Source: Tubiluchus corallicola | Taxonomy: Eukaryota > Animalia > Priapulida | Length of the DNA: 64,000 nucleotides | Direction of reading: 5' to 3' | Assembly (NCBI GenBank): GCA_030141605.1 | Contig: JAQGDQ010000265.1 | Location: 250,941-314,940 of the forward strand | Part shown: positions 42,791 through 53,470 of the stretch, in pieces | How positions within the stretch are numbered: position 1 is the first letter of the stretch | Layout: the number at the start of each line of letters is the position of its first letter | Position numbers and translations under genes: made by a program | Notes under the pieces: model-generated | The model's input: the letters and a program-made list of their open reading frames with translations, nothing else | Told to the model about the DNA's origin: nothing | Database searches by the model: none

Positions 42791-43537
42791 TCAGGTGTTC
42801 ATTGCTCCACAAACAGTTATGACCTGTCCCGATATGTATGAAGAGAGGTCAGAGGCGAAAAATAGAGCTGTATTAGCTACCTCTTCAGGTGTTCCACCAC
42901 GTTTTAATGGTATTGAGGCCTCCCATGCTTTGCGCGCATCTTCGGGTATTTTATCTGTCATTTCTGTGATAATAAAACCCGGAGCAATTGCGTTTGAGCG
43001 AATGCCCCTCGAGCCTACCTCTTTTGCGATGGATTTTGTGAAGCCTATAATACCGGCTTTTGATGCTGAATAGTTAGCCTGCCCGGCATTACCACTAACA
43101 CCCACGACTGAGCTTATATTTACAATTGATCCGCTTCGCTGTTTCATCATAACAGGCAAGGCAGCACTGGTGTAGTTAAAGACCGATTTTAAGTTTACAT
43201 TGATTACGGTATCCCATTGCTGTTCAGTCATACGCATCATAAGTGTATCCATTGTTATCCCCGCATTATTCACCAATGCATCAACTCCATCGAACTCTTC
43301 AGCAATTTCGCTCATAAGCTTTTTTGCATCTTCAAAGTTAGCAGCGTTAGAGGCGTATGCTTTGACCTTCACACCAAGTGAAGCGATCTCTTTTTCAGTG
43401 TCTTTTGCAGCGTCATCGTAGTTGAGGTCTGTGAAAGCGATATTGCATCCCTCCTCGGCAAATTTCACAGCTATAGCTTTGCCAATACCTCTTGATGCAC
43501 CGGTTATAATAGCACTCTTTCCTTCAAGTAGTTTCAT
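42791..43537 (-). CDS. fabG: 3-oxoacyl-ACP reductase
   Basis: TGASRGIG, NNAGIT, YSASK and GNAGQANY motifs. Confidence 0.93.
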   Translation of the reverse strand: MKLLEGKSAIITGASRGIGKAIAVKFAEEGCNIAFTDLNYDDAAKDTEKEIASLGVKVKAYASNAANFEDAKKLMSEIAEEFDGVDALVNNAGITMDTLMMRMTEQQWDTVINVNLKSVFNYTSAALPVMMKQRSGSIVNISSVVGVSGNAGQANYSASKAGIIGFTKSIAKEVGSRGIRSNAIAPGFIITEMTDKIPEDARKAWEASIPLKRGGTPEEVANTALFFASDLSSYISGQVITVCGAMNT

Positions 43538-43925
43538 TATGTGTAAAATTTAATTTTTGTCAAAGTGTTTTTCTTCATTAACAGCCATGTTTGCCAAAGG
43601 TACGGATATCTTGTGGCAAGCAAGCCCCACAGCTAATTAAGGCAAAAATAAAAATCTTTCTTATGGTAACAAAAAACCCCCTTTATCTCTTTAGAGGGCT
43701 TAATATTTTTGTTAAAGTCCGCCTTAAAGTCTTTATCTGCCTGGATAAGGAGCGGCTTATATCGAATTTTCCTTAAATCTGAGTCAAAGTCTTTTGTTTT
43801 GAATAGGTCTTCCTGTCGGTATAGCTGCCTGCGTCTTCGCCTGCATCCACCGGCACCTCCTTTTATGCGCCAAAAAACATAGATTCAACTATCTTTGCAA
43901 GCTACGTTTTTATGTTATTTAAGTT

Positions 43926-45323
43926 ATGATTGCCCAACCTACGATCTGCGCTATATCTACCCCCCCCGGAGTGGGGGCTCTCGCTATTGTGCGCCTTTCA
44001 GGAAAAAGTGCGATAGTTATTGCCGATGAAATATTTGTTTCGCCCGATAAAAGTAAGAAACTGGTAGGGCAGAGGGCTAACTCTACACATTTTGGGGCCA
44101 TTGTTGATGGAGGAGTAGTCGTCGATGAAGTGGTTGTGGTTCTATTCAGAGCCCCTCACTCTTCTACAGGTGAGGATGTTGTGGAGATATCATGCCATGG
44201 TTCTTCATATATACAGCAGTCTGTTTTACAACTTCTGATATCAAAAGGTGCCCAGATGGCGCAGCCGGGGGAGTTTACGAAAAGGGCTTTTCTGAATGGC
44301 AAAATAGATATGGCACAAGCTGAGTCTGTTGCCGACCTTATAGCTTCCGATTCGGCAGCATCGCATAGATTGGCTATAACCCAGATGAGAGGGGGTTTCT
44401 CCAGTGAGTTGGCCGGTTTGCGCACACGATTGCTGAATTTTGTATCCCTTATAGAGCTTGAGCTGGATTTTAGCGAAGAGGATGTTGAGTTTGCAGATTG
44501 CGGCAAGCTCAGCGAGATGGCTGCCACTATAGAGAATATAATCGGGAAGCTGGCTAGGTCGTTTCAGGTAGGTAATGCTATAAAGAAAGGTGTTCCTGTA
44601 GTCATCGCTGGAGAGACCAATGTGGGTAAGTCTACATTATTAAACGCCCTTTTAAATGAGGATAAGGCCATTGTCTCTGATATACACGGAACAACTCGTG
44701 ATGTTATAGAAGAGGTCATTAGTATAGACGGTGTAACATTTCGGCTCTTCGATACAGCAGGAATAAGGGACACAGATGACAAAGTTGAGAGTCTGGGCAT
44801 TGAACGAACTTATAGTAAGCTGCGACAGGCTGGTATAGTGCTCTTTGTTATAGATGTAACAATGCCTGTTGCCCATAGTAATAGAAGGCTGCAAAAGATA
44901 TGCTCGGGAATAGATAATCAGCAGTTAATAGTGGTAGGCAATAAAGTGGATATGGTGGATAACGAAACTGTAAGTAAAATAACCTCAACCATAGAACTAC
45001 CCAAAATAGGGAAGCTTGTCTTTATTTCTGCCAAAAAGCTGCTAAATATTGGTAAGCTTACCTCTATGCTGTCTGAAGTAGCGGGAGTGTCAAATATTGA
45101 CACCGGTGATGTGATAGTGGCTAATATACGCCACTATGAGGCTCTTACCCATGCTAGCAAATCAATTGCCCGTGTGCGGGAGGGGCTGCAATCATGTGTG
45201 TCAGGCGACTTCCTGGCGCAGGATATTCGAGAGTGTATGCATTACCTGGGAGAGATAACAGGCGAGGTGTCTACAGACGAAATACTAAATAATATTTTTA
45301 AGAATTTCTGTATCGGGAAGTAA
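43926..45323 (+). CDS. mnmE: tRNA modification GTPase MnmE
   Basis: TGEDVVEISCHG, GETNVGKS, GTTRD, DTAG, NKVD and C-terminal FCIGK. Confidence 0.97.
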   Translation: MIAQPTICAISTPPGVGALAIVRLSGKSAIVIADEIFVSPDKSKKLVGQRANSTHFGAIVDGGVVVDEVVVVLFRAPHSSTGEDVVEISCHGSSYIQQSVLQLLISKGAQMAQPGEFTKRAFLNGKIDMAQAESVADLIASDSAASHRLAITQMRGGFSSELAGLRTRLLNFVSLIELELDFSEEDVEFADCGKLSEMAATIENIIGKLARSFQVGNAIKKGVPVVIAGETNVGKSTLLNALLNEDKAIVSDIHGTTRDVIEEVISIDGVTFRLFDTAGIRDTDDKVESLGIERTYSKLRQAGIVLFVIDVTMPVAHSNRRLQKICSGIDNQQLIVVGNKVDMVDNETVSKITSTIELPKIGKLVFISAKKLLNIGKLTSMLSEVAGVSNIDTGDVIVANIRHYEALTHASKSIARVREGLQSCVSGDFLAQDIRECMHYLGEITGEVSTDEILNNIFKNFCIGK

Positions 45324-45519
45324 TTACTTTTCTTTTTCTTAGCTAAATGCTTCTTTTAGTGCATTTTAAGCAGTTTTTACTTCCTTTGTTTATTGCTAAT
45401 TTTCCTTTATTTTCCGTATATTTGTTGCTAATCGGTTGCTAATAGAAACAAATTTGTTGGTAGCAACAAGATTTTAGAGCAAAGGAGAAATGATGCTATA
45501 TAGAGCTACAACCAGCTAC

Positions 45520-45862
45520 ATGTAGCTACATCAGAATCGAAAAGACTTGCATGTATTGTGGTGAAATCTTCATCGCAAAGACTACTGTAACCAAGTATTG
45601 CTCGGATAACTGCGCTAAACGTGCCTACAAGAAACGTAAGCGACAGGAAAAGCTCCAGACCGTTGATACCTCCTCCTCTTCAACTTCAGTTAACGGCATT
45701 CAATCAAAAGACTTTCTAAGTATTCAGGACGCTTGTAAGCTATTAGGTACAAGCCGCTGGACAATCTATCGCATGATAGATAGAAAGCAATTGACTGCCG
45801 CTAAACTTGGCAGACGCACCATAATAAGGAGAACGGAAATCGATAAACTGTTTCAGGCATGA
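45520..45862 (+). pseudogene. Zn-ribbon plus HTH excisionase-like protein with a probably disrupted start
   Basis: The frame reads SYIRIEKTCMYC...YCSDNC...LSIQDACKLLGTSRWTIYR, but the upstream ATG (45520) is out of frame (ATG TAG). Confidence 0.6.
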
Positions 45863-46953
45863 AAGTAACACTAAGACAAAGGAACCAAGGCGGTAAGACC
45901 AGCCTCTACCTTGATTACTACAACAAGGGAAAACGCAAAACGGAATACCTCCAGCTATACCTTGATCCCAACCCGAAAACCAAAGAGCAGAAGGAAGTCA
46001 ACAAAAAGACACTTCAATTAGCTGAAACCATCAGAGCACAGCGACAGATTGAAATTCAAAACGGCACTTATGGCTTCCGTGACAATGAGAAACTAATAGG
46101 CAGTGAAACTGCCTATTTAGAATTACTTGCCAACAAGCGACAAGACAGTGCGGGTAATTACGGAAATTGGGATAGTATGATAAAGCATTTCAAGAAGTTC
46201 ATGCCACAGGATATTGCCTTTGAGTTTGTTGATCGTCAGATTGTCCAGGACTTCAAAGAATACCTCGACAAGAAAGCAATCACTCACGGCACAAATAAGC
46301 TATCGCAAAACTCCAAATACTCTTACTTCAACAAGCTTAGAGCTGCACTAAAGCAAGCAGTGAAGGACGGCATAATTCCACACTATCCTGCGGAAGGCGT
46401 AGATGCCTTCAAGCAAGGAGATCCGGAAAGAGAGTTCCTCACACTTGAAGAGCTGCAAGCTGCTGCCAATACCGAATGCGAAAACGAGCAACTCAAAACT
46501 GCATTCATATTCTCATGCCTTACTGGATTGCGCTGGTCAGACATTCAAAAACTTGTATGGTCCGAAGTACAGCATTCCAATGACAGGGGTTACTACATCC
46601 GTTTCAGGCAGAAGAAAACCAAAGGAGCTGAAACCTTACCCATTTCTGATCAAGCCTTTGGCTTGCTCGGTGAAAGGGATGATAAAGACGAAAGAGTATT
46701 CAAAGGATTGAAATACTCGGCTTGGCACAACTTGAAATTGCAACAGTGGATGATGAAAGCAGGCATCTCCAAGACCATTACTTTTCACTGTGCCCGTCAC
46801 ACCTACGCTACTTTACAGCTCACGGCAGGAACGGACATTTACACGGTCTCTAAGCTCTTAGGGCATAAGGAATTGAAAACTACTCAAGTCTATGCCAAGA
46901 TCATTGACGACAAGAAGAAAGAAGCTGCCAGCAAAATTAAACTTGATCTATAG
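45859..46953 (+). CDS. Tyrosine site-specific integrase (Bacteroidota type)
   Basis: SLYLDYY arm-binding N-terminus, TGLRWSD, TFHCARHTYAT, LLGH and TTQVY catalytic residues. Confidence 0.95.
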   Translation: MKVTLRQRNQGGKTSLYLDYYNKGKRKTEYLQLYLDPNPKTKEQKEVNKKTLQLAETIRAQRQIEIQNGTYGFRDNEKLIGSETAYLELLANKRQDSAGNYGNWDSMIKHFKKFMPQDIAFEFVDRQIVQDFKEYLDKKAITHGTNKLSQNSKYSYFNKLRAALKQAVKDGIIPHYPAEGVDAFKQGDPEREFLTLEELQAAANTECENEQLKTAFIFSCLTGLRWSDIQKLVWSEVQHSNDRGYYIRFRQKKTKGAETLPISDQAFGLLGERDDKDERVFKGLKYSAWHNLKLQQWMMKAGISKTITFHCARHTYATLQLTAGTDIYTVSKLLGHKELKTTQVYAKIIDDKKKEAASKIKLDL

Positions 46954-48562
46954 ATGGAACTGAAAATATTCAATAGCATCCTGTTTGGAGAGCTTCAGCC
47001 ATTCACAGGAAACAATCGTGAAGAAAAGTACTTCACATCAAAGCTCAACCCAACATTTAAAGTGCCTGGCACAATGGAAGAGTTTGAAGCTGAGTTAAAG
47101 AAAGCACTGGCAGAACATCCTTTCCTTTTAAATAAAGAAGAGTACTATGTAAACCTCAACCCTGAAGAAGGAAAAATTGAAATCAGTGGAATAAGAGATG
47201 AAGTCTTTGAACCGGGCATTGATATTGACATTCCACCATATTTCAACTCCACTACCGAGTACTACTATTACCTTATCAAAAATGAAGGCACACGAATCAT
47301 TCATGAGCTTGCTCATGAAATACAGGCTATGGGAACCCATGCTGATGGTAGATTCCTGCTTCAAAAGGTCTTACTACAAACTGAATACTTACTTAAAGAA
47401 TACTGCTAAAGAATTAAAATTTCTTCCAAACACTGATACTCCATTCTATCAACCAACCAATGAAGAAACCGATACCGAGCGTATTCAGATGAATACACAT
47501 TTTGTGTACTACACTTTACAAATCACCTTGATAAGGGTTTACTATGAGATCCTTTCAACTTTTTCCTCTTTCGTTGGCGACTTGGGAAAGACCGCATCAG
47601 AACTTTATGCCCAGGTATTAGGGAAAACACCTCCCGAAATCACTTACCAAAAAGTCTCGAAGGGACTAGCGATACGCAGAGCACAGAATATTGCGGATAC
47701 TCAGGATTTTAAGGAAGACAAAGCACATTCAGTTCTAAAAGAACTTCATGACCTCCTGATCAGCGATACAAGTAACTCAAAGTTAATTCAAGCCATTACC
47801 GCAATTGAGAATCGACTTTTCATTGAAGCTCAATTGGAAGACCCGAAGCAACATTCATTTGAAGACCTATACGCTCCTTCATTTGCAGATAGCCTATTTA
47901 AAACCATTAAGGCTCAATACAAAGCAGAGATTGAACAGTTTGTTTTTGGACATGAACGATTTGAGCAGATAGAAGAAATTCAGGATGCGTCTAATATCGT
48001 GCCTGAGCTTCCTAAAGTAGCAGATTCTACCTTGAAGCATAGTGTATGTCGTAAGTTGAACCACTGGCTGGAAACCCAAAAGGAATTATATCGAAATCAC
48101 TTTACCCAGACATTTACAGCTACGCAAATTGGGAAAGGATCAAATGAACAAAAAGCAACACCAAAGGCTAAGCGTGAGCGGCCTGATTTTGCTTCGCAAA
48201 AAGGCACTGCTAGGAATTTCCTCAATTTCTTATCTGGCAACAATCCACAGCAGGATAAGATCATGAAAGATGATGATTACAATCGCTTGTTGCAGATGGT
48301 GGATTTTCTGATTGAAAATGAAAAGCTCCCTGACAAAATCAACAAGATTTCTCAAATCAACATTAGTACGGGTATGATCCGCTATACCTTTTACCTAATC
48401 CATAAAGAGCTATACACCACAAAAACCATCAAACCTGAATGGATTGATTTTTTACATGCGGTATTTGAACAATTCAAGAATATTGAATGGAATACCACCA
48501 AAACAAAATTTAGTGTTAAACCCTCTAGCTATCAGCATGATATGAAATCTATGGAAGGGTAA
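46954..48562 (+). pseudogene. Island hypothetical protein split by a frameshift
   Basis: ORFs 46954-47409 and 47198-48562 overlap in different frames; protein-like sequence switches frame near 47400. Confidence 0.65.
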
Positions 48563-48704
48563 TATTGGTAAGGTAGCGTTACCTCTTTCCTTCCCTTCTC
48601 TTACCTCCTCTCTTTGTTACGAAGTTCATTGAAAGCACGTGCCTTGCTTTCGGTGAGCGAAAGGCACAACAATCCATTTGTTGAACTTTTAACACGTAAC
48701 AAAG

Positions 48705-49013
48705 ATGTTAGATCAAAATCGAATAATCGAAAAGCTCGATAATATCGAGCGTATGCTCACCGAGCAAAATATACTTCAAAAGGAAGTCTTAAACTTCAAT
48801 GAAGCATGTCAGTACTTGGATCTCAGCCAAAGTCACTTATACAAGCTGACGAGCAGCAAATCCATTCCGCACTTCTGTCCACAGGGGAAGCGACTTTATT
48901 TCAAACGACTTGAGTTAGATGAGTGGTTGCTACGCAACCGCACATCAACTAATGATGAAATTCAGCAACAAGCTGCTGATTACTTAATCAAAAAAGGGAG
49001 AGTAAAGCTATGA
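48705..49013 (+). CDS. HTH_17 excisionase-family DNA-binding protein
   Basis: VLNFNEACQYLDLSQSHLYKLTS...IPHFCPQGKRLYF motif. Confidence 0.88.
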   Translation: MLDQNRIIEKLDNIERMLTEQNILQKEVLNFNEACQYLDLSQSHLYKLTSSKSIPHFCPQGKRLYFKRLELDEWLLRNRTSTNDEIQQQAADYLIKKGRVKL

Positions 49014-49115
49014 CAGAGATTATTGAACTAATCCTGTCACTCTCTCAGGAGATTAAAACCATAAAGGCATATCTGCAACAATTCCAGAAATCACGCTTAG
49101 AGAGATTCAGTGAAG
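49010..49115 (+). pseudogene. 5' stub of a second small island gene, truncated by IS3
   Basis: ATGA overlap with the previous stop; reads MTEIIELILSLSQEIK...RFSE, then the IS3 TIR begins. Confidence 0.6.
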
Positions 49116-50548
49116 TGTAAATCTTCAGCTTAATTCGGACAAATTGGTTTAAAAATTAAGAGAGACATTTCTTAAATTATAACCAATAAAAACGAATAAG
49201 ATTAAGGCAAAAAAACAGACTACCGAACAAAAGGTAAAAGAGATTAAGAGACACACGAGGAAGAAGTAATCAGCTGAAGAAAAAATCAGGATTTTACTAG
49301 AGGGCATGCGTGGCGAATATAGCATTGCCGAGTTATGCCTAAAAGAAGGCATCAACGCGAACCTTTATTACAAGTGGAGTAAAGATTTTATGGAAGCTGG
49401 CAAAAAACGCCTTGCAGGTGACATTAAACGGGAAGCTACATCGGGCGAAGTAAACGGTTTAAAGAACGAGAACCACGACCTAAAGCAGCTTGTAGCAGAG
49501 CTGAGTTTGGAAGTACGCATGCTTAAAAAAAGCTTAACTGGAACCGAGTAACTTATAAATATATGAGACGAAGCGCCAGTGAAAAGATGGAAATTATCCG
49601 TATTGTTCAAGATTCGGAATTCGGAGTTAAGCGCACACTTGAAGAACTTGACATCAGCCGAAGTACCTTTTACGAGTGGTACAAACGCTTCCTTGAGGGA
49701 GGATATGATGCACTCAAGCCCAAGCCGGTAAAACGCAAAAAGTTCTGGGACAAGATATCCAACAAAGAACGAGAACTGGTTTTAGACACCGCTTTGTAAC
49801 GTACAGACTTATCGCCTAGGGAACTAGCCCACCACATCACCGACCATCAAAAGTGGTTTATCAGCGAAACCAGCGTATATCGGATTCTCAAAGAGCAAGT
49901 GCTAATCACATCTCCTGCGTGGCTTTTAATGGCTGCATCCGATGATTTTAAAGATAAGACCACGCGTGTGCACCAGCAATGGCAAACCGATTTCACCTAC
50001 TTTAAAATCATTGGATGGGGCTGGTATTATTTGGCTACCGTAATGGACGATTATTCAAGGTATATCGTCACCTGGGAGCTTTGCCAAAGCATTGAGTCGG
50101 CCGATGCCAAGCATGTTATTCAAAAGGCTTTATACGGCCAAAATACCTGCAGACGATTGTCCCAGGTTACTCTCCGATAATGGAGCGTGCTACATATCAA
50201 ACGAGTTTCAAAGCTTTTTAAAAGACACCAAAATGGGACATTTACGTGGAGCCCCATACCACCCTCAAACACAAGGGAAAATTGAGCGTTACCACCGCAC
50301 CATGAAAAATCAGGTAAAGTTGGATAACTACTACTTTCCTGATGAACTAATGACGGTTCTACAGGAGTTTGTATATAATTACAACAACCACCGGTATCAT
50401 GAATCACTCAAGAATGTTACACCTGCCGACGTGTATTTTGGAAGGCAAAAACAGTTACTGGGCAATCGTGAAAACATTAAAATAAAAACGCTAAATGAAA
50501 AAAGAAAAAGGAATCAGAAAATCGCAGTGTAGCACTTTTGATTTATTG
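49116..50548 (+). mobile_element. IS3-family element, degenerate, right end missing
   Basis: Left end TGTAAATCTTCAGCTTAATTCGGACA; orfA HTH and orfB rve motifs (WQTDFTY, LSDNG, GKIERYH); premature stops and a frameshift; abuts IS256. Confidence 0.85.
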
Positions 50549-51886
50549 GACACTGTTTCACAAAGTGTGTAAACTAAAAAAATACCGAGGGTTTGGCTAT
50601 TTATAGCTGGACCCTTTTTTCAAATATAACTAAGAACTGATTCAAGACAATGCCCCAGTTTCTGATTGGCATTGACCATTTTTTAGTTGCTTCTCTGGTT
50701 GCCAAAAATACAGATTTCATTACAGCCTGGTCTGACGGGAATGAAAGTTTGTTTTTTGTGTATTTTCTGATTTTTCCGTTGAGATTCTCAATCAGGTTGG
50801 TTGTATAAATTATCTTTCTGATTTCCAGCGGAAACTCAAAGAATACTGTTAGGTCTTCCCAGTTGTCTCGCCAGCTTTTAATTGCGTAAGAGTATTTATC
50901 CTCCCAAGCTGCTGCAAAATCTTCTAAAGCTGCTTTTGCAGCCTCTTTTGTAGGGGCATTATAGATTTGCTTCATATCTTTTGTAAATGCCTTTTTATCT
51001 TTCCAAACCACGTATCTGCTTGCGTTACGGATTTGATGAACAACACATATTTGTGTTTTAGATTCAGGGAAAACAGTTCGGATAGTATCTGTAAAACCAT
51101 TCAAGTTATCTGTTGCCGTAATCAGAATATCGTTAACTCCACGGGCTTTCATATCGGTAAGTACGTTCATCCAAAAGGCAGCGGACTCACTCTTGCCCAA
51201 CCATAAGCCAAGAACCTCTTTTTTCCCATCTCTGCGAAGTCCTACGGCAATGTAAACGGTTTTGTTGACGACCTTAGAGTTCTCCCGCACTTTAAATACA
51301 ATGCCATCCATCCAAACAATTAGGTATACAGTTTCCAGAGGTCGGTTCTGCCACGCTACAATGTCGTTGGTGACTGAATCGGTAATCCTTGATATGGTGG
51401 ATGTGGAAACTTCAAAACCGTATAGCTCCCGAATTTGCTCTTCAATATCGCTATTACTCATTCCTTTAGCATAAAACGAAACAATGATATTCTCTAAGCC
51501 ATCGACCATGTTCCCTCCTTTGGGTACAATCATCGGATTAAACGAAGAATCACGGTCTCGGGGAACCTGAATGTTGGATTCTCCCAGAGTGGTTCGGACT
51601 CTCTTCTCTGAATAGCCATTGCGGGCATTCTGATTATCCGATTTTTGATTCTTATCATAGCCTAAATGACCATCGAGTTCTCCTTCAAGCATCTTTTCAA
51701 TGCCTCGTTTTTGGAGCTCTTGTAAAAAACCATTGAGCTCTTCCCCTGAATTAAACTGTTCAAGGAAATCATCATTTAATAAATCTTCTTTTTTCATTAC
51801 TGTCTAAAGTTTTAAAATTAAACAAAAAAATGCCGAGGGTTGCAACCCTCGGCATTTTCTATTTACACAGTTTATGAGATAGTGCT
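50549..51886 (-). mobile_element. IS256-family element, copy 1
   Basis: Imperfect ~25-bp TIR (GACACTGTTTCACAAAGTGTGTAAA / TTTACACAGTTTATGAGATAGTGCT); no matching target duplication. Confidence 0.9.
50601..51797 (-). CDS. IS256-family (mutator) transposase
   Basis: [26 protein letters not shown] and IYTTNLIE motifs. Confidence 0.95.
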   Translation of the reverse strand: MKKEDLLNDDFLEQFNSGEELNGFLQELQKRGIEKMLEGELDGHLGYDKNQKSDNQNARNGYSEKRVRTTLGESNIQVPRDRDSSFNPMIVPKGGNMVDGLENIIVSFYAKGMSNSDIEEQIRELYGFEVSTSTISRITDSVTNDIVAWQNRPLETVYLIVWMDGIVFKVRENSKVVNKTVYIAVGLRRDGKKEVLGLWLGKSESAAFWMNVLTDMKARGVNDILITATDNLNGFTDTIRTVFPESKTQICVVHQIRNASRYVVWKDKKAFTKDMKQIYNAPTKEAAKAALEDFAAAWEDKYSYAIKSWRDNWEDLTVFFEFPLEIRKIIYTTNLIENLNGKIRKYTKNKLSFPSDQAVMKSVFLATREATKKWSMPIRNWGIVLNQFLVIFEKRVQL

Positions 51887-51917
51887 TAAACTTGGGTGCT
51901 GCAATGCACAAAACAGG
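51887..51917 (+). mobile_element. 31-bp right-end remnant of the IS1634-like element
   Basis: TAAACTTGGGTGCTGCAATGCACAAAACAGG is identical to 21446-21476. Confidence 0.92.
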
Positions 51918-53106
51918 ACGTAGACGAGATTGTCCGCGACCATGGCGTTAGCAGAGCCTCGTTTTATAAATGGAGGCAACGTTTTGGAGGCATGGAAGCA
52001 TCCGAGTTAAAAAGGCTCAAAGAGCTTGAAGAGGAGAATCGCAAGTTAAAAATGATGTATGCCGAACAATCTCTGGATTTAAAACTCGCCAAAGAGATTA
52101 TCGAAAAAAAGCTTTAAATCCTTGTGAAAAACGAGAGATTGCAAAAGAAGTTTGCAAAGTTCCTAAAGTAGGCATCCGCAGGGCTTGCCGAGTACTAAAT
52201 ATGAGTCGTTCGGTTTATTATTATGAATCGATAAAAGATGATGCAGGGATAATTGAGGCGCTTACCAAAAAAGCGTAAGACCATCCTACAGAAGGATTCT
52301 GTAAAGCCTATGGGCGATTGCGTCTGGAAGGTTACGATTGGAACCACAAGCGAGTATATCGGGTTTACTGCCTGATGAAACTAAATATCCGCAGGAAAGT
52401 AAAGAAGAGGCTTCCTGTCAGAGTTAAGGTTCCTTTGGTAATTCCAGAAAACATCAATCAGTGCTGGTCAATTGATTTTATGCACGATGCTCTTGAAAAC
52501 GGACGGAAGATAAAGAGTTTCAATATAATGGACGATTTTAACCGAGAAGCACTTCATGTTGAACTTGACCATTCGATTCGAAGTAACAAAGTAGTTTATG
52601 TTTTGAACCACTTGATAAAGCGTAGAGGTAAACCAACAAAAATAAGGATGGATAATGGCCCTGAGTTTATTGCAGAACTTTTAAAAGAATGGAGTGAGCT
52701 TCAAGGGATAGAACTGTTATATATTCAGCCAGGCAAGCCAACACAGAATGCTTTTGTAGAACGCCTGAACGGAACATACCGCAGGGCTGTATTGGATGCC
52801 TACCTGTTTCAGTCGCTGGATGAAGCCAGGGATGAAACAGATAAATGGATATTTGATTACAACTATAAAAGGCCGCATGATTCATTGGGAGGAATGACCC
52901 CCATAGGTTATGCCAATAAAATGAAAAACCAAAAGCTGAAAAGCAAAGTAAATGTGATTCATGAACCTGTCAAGGGTATATAAACGACTTCGCTCACTCA
53001 GTCGCCCTTGACAGAACCAAAAATCACACTGAAAAAGCTTTCAGAATTTGGTTATGAAAAAGAAAATAATCTATTTTTAAGTAGTCCTAAAAAGGGGAAG
53101 CTTACA
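51918..53106 (+). mobile_element. IS3-family element (IS407-like), 5'-truncated
   Basis: orfA tail, A7G slippery site near 52104, orfB ([21 protein letters not shown]) with a premature TAA at 52276; right end ...AAAGGGGAAGCTTACA. Confidence 0.85.
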
Positions 53107-53470
53107 GAGCTTTTTAATACGCCAGATCAAAATAGACAAATAGCAGCTTTTTATCTCGATAAAAACCAATTCTTAAGGGACGACTGATAACTATCATAGA
53201 AGATAATTAACTTTGGCACAGATAAGAATTAGACTTGGGCGGATTTTGCAGCAAACTAGCAAGTAAGAAATTTAAAAATACTTAGCAAAAGCCGGTTCAG
53301 TTTTGAGACAGAAGCATGATTATGATGGTTTGAGTCTTTAGGAAGAATTTGTTGAAGTAACAGTAGTATTGTAAGAAGTTTTATATAAGATTTTAGAAGA
53401 AGGAATAAATTCATGCTGATTTTATTTTTGTTTTGTGAATAGAAGTGATCATAAGTAGAGTTAACAATAT

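Larger units (their letters stand above)
45324..49115 (+). mobile_element. Degenerate integrative element inserted at the 3' end of mnmE
   Basis: Xis-like HTH gene and tyrosine integrase right after the mnmE stop; shift from G/T-rich to A/C-rich plus strand; truncated by IS3 at 49116. Confidence 0.8.

Noticed and set aside
46954-48562. Anti-phage defence gene in the island
   Set aside because: I recognised no nuclease, NTPase, TIR, SIR2 or RT motif; left as a hypothetical protein.
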